A stretch of DNA of 63,902 nucleotides, filler included, from Octopus bimaculoides (GCF_001194135.2; 7 parts of 7 records of this genome joined end to end with filler, not necessarily neighbours in it); one strand, 5' to 3'. Shown: positions 24,691-35,960, counted from the first letter of the whole stretch. The notes: generated by a model from the sequence alone, not told the origin. A program made the numbers and translations.

Positions 24691-24883
24691 TGTGTGTGTG
24701 CGTGCGTGTGTGTGTAAAAGAAAAAAACATCTTTATATTGGTATATGTTATATACTGTAGGCACGTAGCAAAATTATATTTGTGTATTTGTAACACATAC
24801 ATCAGTATATGGATTACGTCATAGGACTAAAACTGTTGACCTCATCATCATCAAGAATATATATATATATATATACATACAGA

Positions 24884-24913
24884 TAGATAGATAGATAGAT
24901 AGANNNNNNNNNN

Positions 24914-24983
<70 letters not shown>
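24884..24983. repeat. (GATA)n microsatellite
   Basis: Direct inspection; further (GATA)n arrays at 25480-25570 and 61848-61886. Confidence 0.95.
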
Positions 24984-24988
<5 letters not shown>

Positions 24989-25505
24989 CGTATATATTTA
25001 TCTGCACATATGCCTAACTAAAAGTATTTCAGAAATATAGAAGTATAGTATAGACTTGCAAGGACACATAAGTATATTACAAATGTAACAAAAAAAAATA
25101 GAATTACCTGGATTCAGACTGGTGTTAAATAAGGTGTAGGAAATAGAACAGTGCTAAATACACAATCATCAACAGACATCCGAGCGTAATAAACGCTTCT
25201 TTTATATCAAATGTATATGGATATACTTTCTTCATCAAAGACAACATTCTTTCATGTTAGACTTAGTTAAAGGTAATGCACAAATAAAAGAGCATGCAAT
25301 GATATTTGGTTGATGATAAATGTTATATAAATCAGTCGTCGCTAGTAATAGCGGAAAATTATTCCATATTCAGTGACTAATGTATTTAGATGTGTTTGAA
25401 CATATGTAAAATATACGGATATTATTCGGAGTAAATACTTAACAGTACATAACTGTAATATCATGTGTAATATAAATAGATAGATAGATAAATAAATAGA
25501 TAGAC

Positions 25506-25548
<43 letters not shown>

Positions 25549-26669
25549 CAGAGATAGACAGACAGACAGGCAGACTGACAGGCAGACACTCTCTGTCTTT
25601 CTCTCAGCCTCTCTCTTTCCTTCACTCTTACCCTCTCTCTATCTATCTCTCTATTTATCTCTCTATCTATTCATCTGTCTATCCGTCTGTCTATCAAATT
25701 GCGCGTCTGTCTATCTATTCTACAGACAAATATACCAATATACAGTAGCGAGCAAAAACGAGAACGATTAAATTTTTTTTAAATGTCGGATAAGCTAGTG
25801 AACGTACAAATTCGTAATTGGTTTCGTAAACACAGTTAACCATTAGCTAAATTCTCTGAAAAATTTAAGTTTCTACAATAGTCTTAATAAAAGTTAATTA
25901 CGCTAACACTAGTTTCGTTCAAATGTCTCATGTGCAAAATAAAAGAATGATTAGATTCCTTCACAGAATTGTTTACAATTGCAGACTCAACGCTACTACC
26001 GTCTCTGTATTGTGCTAGCTTCCGAAAATGACACGCCACGCTAAAGTTAATTCCGACCTCCGAAAATAAATTGTTAGGAGGTAAGTTTCTGGAATGACTC
26101 TTTGCTATTTCACGAGACGTAAGGAGATCTAGGAGTGTAGTTTCATGTGTTCTTAAGCCCTATGAAGAAACTAAAGGTTTTGAACCGAAAAAGGCAACTG
26201 ATAGACAACGCAAAAAGACCATGCGAAATGATGGAGCCACAAAACGGTATGTCTNNNNNNNNNNNNNNNNNNNNNNNNNNNNNNNNNNNNNNNNNNNNTT
26301 AATTAATTAANNNNNNNNNNNNNNNNNNNNNNNNNNNNNNNNNNNNNNNNNNNNTCCTTCAAATTCTGCTCCATTTATATTTTTTATTTTTTTGGAAGAA
26401 AAAAAATTTACGTTATATTATTAAGCTTTGAACAGCTCTAAATATTATTTCTATATTGCTAGAAAGTGCAGTTAAATTTTTTTCTATAGTTTCCTTCCTT
26501 CAGCGTTCTTTTCCTTTCAACCTTTAATGTCAAATATTTCTGTTATTAAAATTTGTAAAATAAACTGTTTATATTCTATATAAAATTTTATGTAGTTTTT
26601 ACTAAATCACCAATTTACGATGTGGTGTTTATTCTACGACATCACGTTGGAAAGTCACCAGTTTTTATG

Positions 26670-27490
26670 TGTATAACAGGTCGGACACCAGTTTTTCTAT
26701 GTTGGTTGTTTGTTATCACAACAGGTCGTTGAAGCGTGAGATATACTATATTTACAATGTTTTCATTCGTAAGTTATAACAAATATTATTGTTTATTTAA
26801 TTAAAAACTATAATGATAATCTCGTTACTTATAACTTAATTATAAGTATTTATCACTAAGCATAACTCTTAGTTTAGTTTAGGCTGCGTAAATGTTATGA
26901 TGTATACATGACAAGACGCTGAATGTGTGTTCATTACGTACATGTATGTTGAAGATTTAGATTATATTTTCTTGACCGTTACACATAAAAAAAAATAGTT
27001 TCATTAATATACAGAAATAAATTCAACAAGTTGAAAGAAACGAGAAATAAAAGGAATTAAGTTTCTACATTAATTTATTATATACATATTTTTACATTTA
27101 TAGAAATTTAGAAACAAAGCATTTCATCGTAGAGAATTTATGACTTAAATTTATTATTAACTAGTTTCTCATTCTAACTAATAAGGTTTCACGACAATTC
27201 AATATTGTCGGATTTGAGTATTGAACATGGCATATATATTAGCCTATACTCAAAAGGGTGAGTGTCGTGGACTTGAGTAACATCCAACGATCACTGGAGA
27301 TTTTGCCGAAAATCAGGGTTTTTATAACTACTCATACACGAATCATAGAACCGTAACCCCGTGAAAGATTTCTTCAACGAAGTTCATAATTTGTATATGA
27401 GCAGTAATTTTTAACCAATGAGAAATCAATAATTTCTCATGTTCAGGCAAACGAACTTATGTTCTCTCTCCGCCTTTTATGAGTTTGCTA
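26670..27490. repeat. Dispersed repeat of about 800 bp, second copy at 48830-49580
   Basis: Long near-identical colinear blocks in both places; no recognisable ORF. Confidence 0.9.
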
Positions 27491-27539
27491 CAAAAGCAAC
27501 ATTAAAGAGAATAAATAAAAGAACAAAGACTTCATTGTA

Positions 27540-27845
27540 AAGAAGCAAAAATTTGCACAACTAGAGGATGCTATAAAATTATGGAGACATAATCAACATA
27601 ATCTTAATGACGGTGATAATGTTTGCAACAATGAGATTGGCAGAAAAGGGAAACTTAACAGCAGATGAGCTGGATTTTCATTTCGGTGCTACCATTTAAT
27701 GAAGATGTATAACCAGGATTGCACACAAGATGCCTGATGAGTATAAAGAAAAATTTTAGAGTTTCACAGATACATGACCATTGTCTGAAAAAAAAAAAAA
27801 AACCAGAACTAGTACAAATAGGTAATATAGATGAAGTGTCATTAA
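27540..27845 (+). mobile_element. pogo/Tigger-type transposase remnant
   Basis: KFAQLEDAIKLW...RIAHKMPDEYKEKILEFHRYM...QIGNIDEV resembles the pogo region T.IAQKLP..YE.K...F...NMDE. Confidence 0.6.
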
Positions 27846-28024
27846 GGAAAGTTATTTAAAGGTGCAAAGATAGTTCTTACTTTGTCTTTGAATCTGTGTA
27901 TGTGTGTGTCAAAGAAGGAATCTTAAAATTAACTTTGGGCTTTGTATTGTATTGTACTGTATCAAAAAGTTTATTCTTTCTGTTACCATCATTGCAAATA
28001 ATGAAATTTATTATCTTCTTTCAG

Positions 28025-28132
28025 CCTGAAAATACATTACCTTTCCCTTACAAGAAAAGTAACCCTGTTGTTAAAAAATACTTGACTGGCATATGGTCTA
28101 AAGATCATGTTCCAGTTACCTGCACTGGAGAG
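28025..28132 (+). CDS. ATP1B: Na+/K+-ATPase beta-subunit-like, penultimate exon (PENTLPFPYKKSNPVVKKYLTGIWSKDHVPVTCTGE)
   Basis: TTCTTTCAG acceptor, GAG|GTATTT donor, 108 nt in phase 0-0. VPVTCTGE matches the beta motif V.V.C.G(E/K); exon borders match those recalled for vertebrate ATP1B exon 5. Confidence 0.85.
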
Positions 28133-28827
28133 GTATTTTCTACAAATTTTATATAATTATTTATAGGTATGATTTGACCATGGATGCATGTAGTTATCTC
28201 TGATATTAGAAATATTGAAAGTAATCATCTTAAATTACTGGTTTAGTTTTTGTTTTACCATACTGGCAACAATGGGATTTATCTGTAGGACAAACCTAAA
28301 ACCTAACTGTACATCAAGGCATTAATATAAGAAAATTGTGTTAATTCTAATTATATTTGTGGTTGAATTGGTAGAGTGCTGTATAATGTTAAGAATTCCT
28401 AAATTTTTTATATGAAGCAGAGTATTTCAGTGAGCCTAAAGGAGCATTTTCACTAAAAGTTTATCTAGAAAGGTTTTACCTGTTTCTTTATAAAATATTT
28501 ACTTAACTTGCAACATAAACATTACAAGTTCATTAAAAAAGATATTTTTATAAAAAAGATACCTGCTATAGAAATAGGAACAAAAAGTACGTCCTATTTT
28601 AGAAACTTTTTCATAAAATTTCTCTACAGTGCAATGTGAATTATAATGAAGTTGCCAACTAGGATTCTATATGTATATATTCATATTCTCCATACATAAT
28701 AATTTATTACAACTTAGAAAATATGAGCAGATTAGATCTTTAAAGAATGCTAAGTTTATTTTAAATTTTATCTATTATCATCATCAAATTATAGGTTATT
28801 ATAAGAAGCTATTTTCATTTTTTACAG

Positions 28828-29088
28828 ACAGAAGCAGACACAAGATATTTAATCACCCAAGACCCCATTTTCAATAGCTCTATCACTTATTCACCATTTA
28901 AAGGGTACTCTTTAGATTTCTTCCCACAATCGAGGAGTCCTCACTATCGAGCCCCATTGCTTATGGTGCAGTTTAATACCTTACAACCTGGATTAATAGT
29001 TCATGTTCAATGTAGAGTTTGGGCAATATACAAGAATGCTACAAAAGCAATCGAATCGGTTGTCAAATTTCAACTACATATGAACTAA
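28828..29088 (+). CDS. ATP1B: Na+/K+-ATPase beta-subunit-like, last exon (TEAD...YSPFKGYSLDFFPQSRSPHYRAPLLMVQFNTLQPGLIVHVQCRVWAIYKNATKAIESVVKFQLHMN*)
   Basis: TTTTTACAG acceptor, 86 open codons plus TAA. Shows the PL..VQF, C(K/R).WA and terminal V.F.L pattern of the beta-subunit Ig-like domain. Confidence 0.88.
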   Translation, partial: TEADTRYLITQDPIFNSSITYSPFKGYSLDFFPQSRSPHYRAPLLMVQFNTLQPGLIVHVQCRVWAIYKNATKAIESVVKFQLHMN

Positions 29089-29117
29089 CTCATGAAATAT
29101 TCATAAGTAGTCACATT

Positions 29118-29123
29118 AATAAA
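29118..29123 (+). promoter_or_regulatory. Candidate polyadenylation signal
   Basis: AATAAA 30 nt after the beta-like stop codon. Confidence 0.5.
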
Positions 29124-29791
29124 GCTTGATACTCATTATTTTCATGGTGTAGTTAAGTAGTTTCAAATGGTTTAAAACAAGTATATACAACACTGGGCTT
29201 TAGTTTATGTAGCTTACTGTTAAAAGAGATTGAAAAATATTAAGTTTTAAGGTCAGTAAGTTTGCAGAAATTGTGAAGTACCAAATTAACAGCTTTCTAG
29301 ATTTTTAATTCAAACTGAAAAAAACAAAGAAAACTAGCATTTTTAAGTATAAATTTAACCTTGTTTAAATATGCAGTAGTTGTAGATGTTACTGGTATTA
29401 AAGCAGAAATAGACATGACCTTTTCAGGTTTGTTTTCCATCTGCTTTGTTGCTTCAGTTAGAAAACTGTTGAAACACCAGTTTTGTATTCAATGTCTCAG
29501 AAAAAATTATATATTAAAGATATTAATGAACATAATTTTTCCAGTTTAAATTTCTTAGTGTGTTCATTCTAGAATAAAACTACAGTTTCAGCTAAAATCT
29601 CTTTGAAAATAATACACTTCATTAGATTAAGACATAGGGATGTGGCTAGATCCCCCTCTAACTGACAAGTTTTGAAACTACATCTTCAAAAAAACTAATA
29701 AATTAAAATTTGAATCTCAGAATTATATGCACCATCTCAGGACCTCAGCCTTGTTAAATTTTTTCTTGTATGGGACTTGATAAGCTGTAGA

Positions 29792-29993
29792 AACTGTTTC
29801 AATGTAAATTTTGAGAAGAAGCATTTAATCCTATCGCTAACTGGAAAATTCCAAAAGTTTGCACATCCATGCTAATTGGCATCTGGAAAGGAAAAAAACA
29901 GACACCAGTTAACAAGAATTTGTAAACTTTTGGAATTTTTCAGTTGGTAATAGATTTAAAATGCTACTTTTCAAAGCTTATATTGAAACAGTT
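29792..29993. repeat. Palindromic MITE-like element (about 70-bp imperfect arms)
   Basis: AACTGTTTCAATGTAAAT...GGAAAATTCCAAAAGTTTGCA versus TGTAAACTTTTGGAATTTTT...TATATTGAAACAGTT. Confidence 0.7.
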
Positions 29994-30118
29994 CACTTCA
30001 GTAGTTGTAAGGCCTGAACAATAACAGAAACATTAGTAGAATACATAAATGACAGACATCACTCTGTTCTACAACCTGCTCTTGGTGCTTATTTCCTACA
30101 ATATATATTTATATATGT

Positions 30119-30189
30119 ATGGCAGCTGATAGACGATGGGATTCCATACACATATTGTGTATGGAATCTCATCGTCTATCAGCTGCCAT
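30119..30189. repeat. Near-perfect hairpin, 34-bp stem with 3-nt loop
   Basis: 30119-30152 is the reverse complement of 30156-30189 except for one G:T pair. Confidence 0.95.
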
Positions 30190-30620
30190 GGAGAATCCTA
30201 GAAAATCCAGGCCCCCTACATTAATGGGACCAATTGCTGTAAATTATGCATAGTGGAATGGGTAAGGATCCTAAAGGACTCCCTCAACCCAAAGAACATC
30301 CTGAACTCCAGAACAGATCTTTGGACTGTGCTTACATTTCAGAAAATTCCTGCTAACCTATTGGAACCCACAGGACAACAGGGTCACTGGCAATCAATAG
30401 CCAGAGGGATATAATCTGCTTTGTTGACATTGGCGATCAATAGCCAAGGGAAGACAATCTCCTTTGTTGCCATTGCGTAATAGGGTCCTTTCCTCTTCTA
30501 TACTGACAGGCCTTTAGCCAACAGGTTTTGGGATCTGATGGTACGCTATAAGGCTAAGCCCTTTATGGACATGAAACCTAAGGTAATCCCATAAACTGGC
30601 CTTATCTAACTTTAATATAC
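30156..30620 (+). mobile_element. Naiad-type Penelope 3' fragment with 3' UTR
   Basis: WRILENPGPYINGTNCCKLCIVEWVRIL...ILNSRTDL, then (frameshift) LCLHFRKFLL. Confidence 0.75.
30526..30594 (+). ncRNA. Type I hammerhead ribozyme (A9 position mutated to G)
   Basis: Stem I GGGAT/ATCCC, core CTGATGG (30535), GAAA (30573), stem III ACCT-A-AGGT, GUA cleavage triplet. Confidence 0.6.
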
Positions 30621-30670
30621 ATATATATATATATATATATATATCTAAAAAAATGTGATATTATTCAGTA

Positions 30671-30741
30671 GCCATGATAAAACTTCAAGTTTCGGATGCT
30701 GGGGCGGAAACCCACACCACCATCTCTTCAGTTATCTGGCC
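30671..30741 (-). ncRNA. Type I hammerhead ribozyme in the left pLTR
   Basis: Minus strand GCCAGATAA-CTGAAGA-GATGGTGG...CCAGCATC-C-GAAA-CTTGAAG-TT-TTATCATGGC. Confidence 0.7.
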
Positions 30742-31631
30742 ATTGAAAATTCCTATGAAAATGACCATTAAACTGTATGGTTGACCGTTATTAAGACAAA
30801 AGAGCTATTAGAATGACTGCTAAGTGAAGGGAGGGAGTAAAAGAATTAAGGAAGCTTTACTCATACACAGACTAGGACCCCAAATTAACAACAGGCTGGA
30901 AGTTGGTAATCAATATATTATTTAGCTACATCTGGATGTGTGTAGGTTCATTCTTAATAACATGCTTATGCATTGTTTATAACAAAAAAAAAAAAGAAGG
31001 GCAAAAAAAAAAGAGAAGCTGCATGTATAACACATAACTTAGAAGCAGCACCACAGATGTACCAACACACACGAGATTGAAACATAGCCGACCTCATGCA
31101 CTTCTCATGAGAAATTCCGGAAGGAGCTTCGTAAGACCACTACTGAGACACTTCCGAAAAAAAGAAAACCGTTGGAAAACAGTTTATAGCAGAGACTCCA
31201 TTTAAGAATATCTGAAGAAGGAATTGTAATTCCAAAATATCATCAGACTATAGATAACCAAATTACAACAGGTATATAGTCCATTTTTTGTATATAGTGC
31301 ATTGTTGTACCATTCTAAACTTTTTATTCTTTACAAACAATACACAATGCTTCAAGTGAACTACAATACTCTACTATATGTATATATATATTTCTGGCGA
31401 ATGTGTGGGTGAGCATGTGTGTGTTTCAAGCGAGGGTGGATGAGTATATACATTTAGGCGCATATACATGAGTGTGCAGGCGCGCATGTGTATGTATGGA
31501 TTGGTGCGCTTACGCAAATACTATAGACCTTTTACTCCCTCCCCTCACTTAGTGGTCATTCTAATAGCTTTTTTGTCTTAATAACGGTTAACCACACAGT
31601 AATTTCCCTTTGTTTAACGGTCATTTTCAAT

Positions 31632-31702
31632 GGCCAGATAACTGAAGAGATGGCGGCATGGGTTTCCACCCCGGCATCCGAAACTCAGAGTTTTATCATG
31701 AC
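31632..31702 (+). ncRNA. Type I hammerhead ribozyme in the right pLTR
   Basis: GATAA-CTGAAGA(31642)-GATGGCGG...CCGGCATC-C-GAAA(31680)-CTCAGAG-TT-TTATC; GUU triplet at 31690-31692. Confidence 0.7.
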
Positions 31703-31791
31703 TACCGAATAATTGTCACATATTTTTACAGATAAATTCTTCTATTTACTTAATATCGAGGTCTCTTTCTTTCTTTTGTTGTCTTTTCTAT

Positions 31792-31825
<34 letters not shown>

Positions 31826-32709
31826 GACAGTGAATTGCAAGAACTTTTTTAGATGATATCATTTTGTATTCAAAATCTTTCTTGGATATGCTTTCTTTTT
31901 ATTTATTACTGATGTAACTCTAAAGTTACTATATTCTAACCCGAATCAAAGTAAATTATAATACATATGAAAGAAAGGCACAAAGTTTATAATACATATG
32001 AAAGAAAGGATAACTTAATTTGTAACCTTAGTTGTTTACTGTAATAAACTTGAAACCAATTTTTAACAAACCAAATCATAATTTTTTCAAGAACTGTTTT
32101 TATTGTTATGTAAATTTACAAATAAAATAGAATTTTATGCTTCGTTTTTGTAGTTTTTTGACATAACATAATATAATCAACTTTGATTATATTAAAAATC
32201 TGTTTTAAAAAATTTCAGAAAGACAACTGATTGCTCAGTATATCAGTTTTATGTCCTCTTCCACCCCCATTGAAAACCAAAATTAATTCAGTTATCACTA
32301 TAATAGAACTAGTGCAAGCATGCCTAACCTTTAAAAACTTGGAAGTTACTTAAATTTTGCATGGCAGTCAGCAGCTGTCTATATATTACACAAAAAATAT
32401 ATTTTCATAATCATGACTAAAGGAGTATAGTATGAATGCTTTTAGAAAGTTGTAATTATTTTGTTGAAATCGGTGTGAAACTTGAATTGAACATCACCAA
32501 TTTTGATTATGTTCATAATTACTAATAGCTAAACACAAGAAGTCATCAAGGTACTTGTTAATCATTCTTGCATTCTTGTTCAATAATAAGATTCATGTGA
32601 AAACAAAGATGATTCTCACTGGTGTGTTTCTAAAGAAAATTTGATAACACAAAAACCTTCATTTATGGATACTTGTCAGATCTCAGTAATCTATTTTCAG
32701 AAGCATTAT

Positions 32710-35700
32710 TCATCAATATCATCAATATCATCATCATGCATATATGGTGTTTATTGCGTGCCACCAGCATGAGAGCCAGTCAGATGGCACTGGCATTGGA
32801 CACAACGACAATTTCCATTTGATTGTGATTTGATTTTTGATTTTGATTGTACTTGACTCAATAGGTCTCCTCAAGCACAGCATGTTGCCCAACAATTCAA
32901 AGGTACTTTTTAAATGGGCTGGTTATGTGATACTGGTATAGGCTATGGCTGTGATCTCACTTTACTTGCCAGGTCTTCTCAATGACAGCATATCTCCAGA
33001 GGTCTTGGTCTTTTGTCATTGCCTCTGTGAGGCCCAACGTTCGAAGGTCATGCTTCACCACCTTATCCCATGTCTTCCACGGGTTCCTTCCACTGTTAGG
33101 GGGTGACACTTCTTCACACAGCTCTCCAACCATACCAGCGCAGTCATCTTTCTTGCACACTGCATCTGATGCTTCTTATATCCAACATTTCTCTCAGGGT
33201 GCTTACACTCTGTTGTTTGTGCACACTGACATTACACATCCAGCAGATCATACTGGATTCATTTCTTTCAAGCCTACACATGTCATCAGCAGCCACAGCC
33301 TATGTTTCACTGCTATGTAGCATGGCAGTTTGCACACATGCATCATACAATCTACCTTTCACTCTGAGCTAGAGATCCTTTGTCACCAATACAGGTAGGA
33401 GCTTTCTGAACTTTGCCCAGGCTATTCTTATTCTAGTGGCAACGCTCTCTGAGCATCCAACTCCACTACAGTCTTGGTCACCTAGGTAACGGAAGCTATC
33501 AATACTTCTAGTTACTCCCCTGGCATGTGATGGAATCCATTTTCTGAGCATCTGCAGTGTTTATTGCCCCTGTGCATCTGCCGCACACCAAAAGCTATCA
33601 TCCTGGTTAACCTTCCTTTGATGTTGCTGCACTTCCTATGTCTCCATAGCTTACAGTGGGTACATCTTATGGAGTTTCTACCTACACCTTTTCTACAGAT
33701 CAAGCAGAGCCATCTACCTGAAAGGGTTTGTGATGTGTTAACCTTCCTACTTACTAGGACTTCAGTTTTAGCTAAGTTGACTCTAAGGTCCTTCGATTCT
33801 AAACCTTCTTTCCACACCTGAAATTCTAGTTCTGGTAGTGATTCTGCTATGAGAGCAAAGTCATCATCACAGAGGATCTCCCAGGGGAAACCTGTCTTGA
33901 ATTCCTCTGTTATTGCCTGGAAGACTATGATGAATAAGAGGAGACTGAGGGCTGATCCTTGGTGAACCCCTACTTCTACCCAGAATTCTTCACTATACTC
34001 ATTGCCGACCCTTACCTTACTAATGGCATCTCTGTACAGCTCTTATTAACCACTCATCAATCTCTAGTTTCTGCATCGCCCACCAGATAAGAGATCGGAG
34101 GACCCTGTCAAAGGCTTTTTCCAAGTCAACAAAAGCCAAGTGTAAGGATTTATCTTTGGCTAGGTATTTCTCCTGCAATTGCCTTACCAGGAATATAGCA
34201 TCAGTGGTACTTCTACCTGGCACAAAACCGAACTGCATCTCATCTAAGCAGACTCTCCCTTAATTAGTTGGACTATGACCCTCTTCATGACCTTTATCAC
34301 CTGATCCAGCAGTTTGATACCCCTGTAGTTATTTCTAAAGCATCACCTTTACCTTTGTAGCAGTTGACTATGGTGCTCATTGGGTATGACTCCTTTGTGA
34401 ACTACCTGGTTAACAATATGGGTGACTAGACCATAACCCACACCACCAGATATTTTAAACATCTCAGCAGTGATTTCTGGTGGGTCAGGGGCTTTTCCTG
34501 ACTTCATATCCTTAATCGTTTTATCTACCATGGTGCTATCTATTCAGGTAGCTGGTCCCTCTACTGGGTCAACATTTGGCAGGCTCTCCTCCTCCCATTC
34601 ATTCTCCATATTCAGCAGTCTTTCATAATGGCTTCTCCAAGCCTCTTTCTTTGCAGAATCATTAAAACCAAGTGCACCATCATCCATGTGGATACATTTC
34701 TCTCATGTAACATCACAATTTTCTCTTACACACTGTCTTGCAATCCGAAATACTTCAGTTCTTTGGTCCTCATGTTGCTGAACATTGGCAGACTTCTTTT
34801 CTGCTTCTCCCTTGGCTATGTATACCTCTCGCCCAGCCTCCCTTCTGGCTATTTGGTACAGTTCCCTGCTAACACCACTCTTCCAGGTTTTCCAGGCCTG
34901 TTTCTTTGCTCTAATGGCCTTGTCTACAGTATTATTCCACCATCACATTACTCTAGGTCTGGAAGGGACTTTGCACCAGCCACAGATTTGGTCTATGGTG
35001 CTCAGTAAGCTGTCCCATAGGAATTTCCAGTTACTCTCTATGCCCGAAGTATGTAGCTCCTCCTCTCTCTCATCAAATTGCTCAATGAATATGTCCCTAA
35101 ATCTCTGACCATGTGAAGGGTTCTTTAGCTTCCAAATCCTTCTTTTCTGGATTGGTCTACTTCTTGGCATCCTTCTGGCCTTGAGTCTAAAGTCACTAAT
35201 AACTAGTCTATGCTGGGGGGTACATTCTACACCAGGGAGGGTCTTTGTATTTAAGAGCAACCTTGCATCCAGCTGTCTGGTGAGAATGAAATCAATCTGG
35301 CTCACAGAGTTGCCTGATTGATAGGTTATCAGGTGGCTGTCCGGCTTCCTGAAGTTAGTGTTGCAGATTAATAGGTTGCATGTATCACAGAACTCCAGTA
35401 GCCTAGTTCCCGCTTCATTTCAGGAACCAATTTCATAGCCCCTGTGAACACCATGAAAGATACTGGATTGCCATCCAACATGCCCATTAAAATCTCCAGC
35501 CGCAAAGATGAGGTCCTTGCCACTCCTCTTTGAGGTAGCCTGTAGAAGGGTATCATAAATGTGGTCCTTCTGATTGTTTGATAGACTCACTTGTGGGGCG
35601 TAGGTAGAGATAATTGTAGCTATACTATTCTGCAGGACTAGCCTGAGTTTAAGCATTCTATCGCACACCCTGACTACCTCTATGACCTTATCCACACATT

Positions 35701-35960
35701 TCTCTGCAAGGAGTATGCCTACACCCCTACTCTATCACTGTTACCTTCCCAGAAGATTTTATACCTATGTGCCTTGTCTGTGAGGACCCTGGCTGAAGCT
35801 CCTCTCCACCTTACCTCTTGTATGCAGCATACATCAACATGTCTCTGTTCAAGCATCTCTACAATCTCACTAGACCTACCTTTTAGTGTGCCTACATTGA
35901 CAGCGCCAACTCTGAAACTGGGAAAGGAATGTGGGAGGAGGCATGGGAAGGGGAGATGTT
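32710..35960 (-). mobile_element. Near full-length RTE LINE (APE endonuclease plus RT), disrupted
   Basis: APE motifs IISTYAPQ, AGDFNGHVG, SQIDFILTR and QHRLVISDF; RT QFGFVPGRSTTDAIFLVRQLQEKY...AFVDLEKAFDRV; C-terminal GRNPWKTW; (CAT)n tail. Confidence 0.95.

Larger units (their letters stand above)
30640..31790 (+). mobile_element. Penelope 3' fragment (decayed GIY-YIG) with inverted pLTRs
   Basis: About 200-bp inverted arms at 30645-30845 and 31520-31735. Interior shows weak GIY-YIG-end similarity; (TA)n flanks both sides. Confidence 0.7.

Noticed and set aside
32620-32629. Possible 10-nt minus-strand microexon between good splice signals
   Set aside because: No neighbouring exons to support it; expected by chance in AT-rich DNA.
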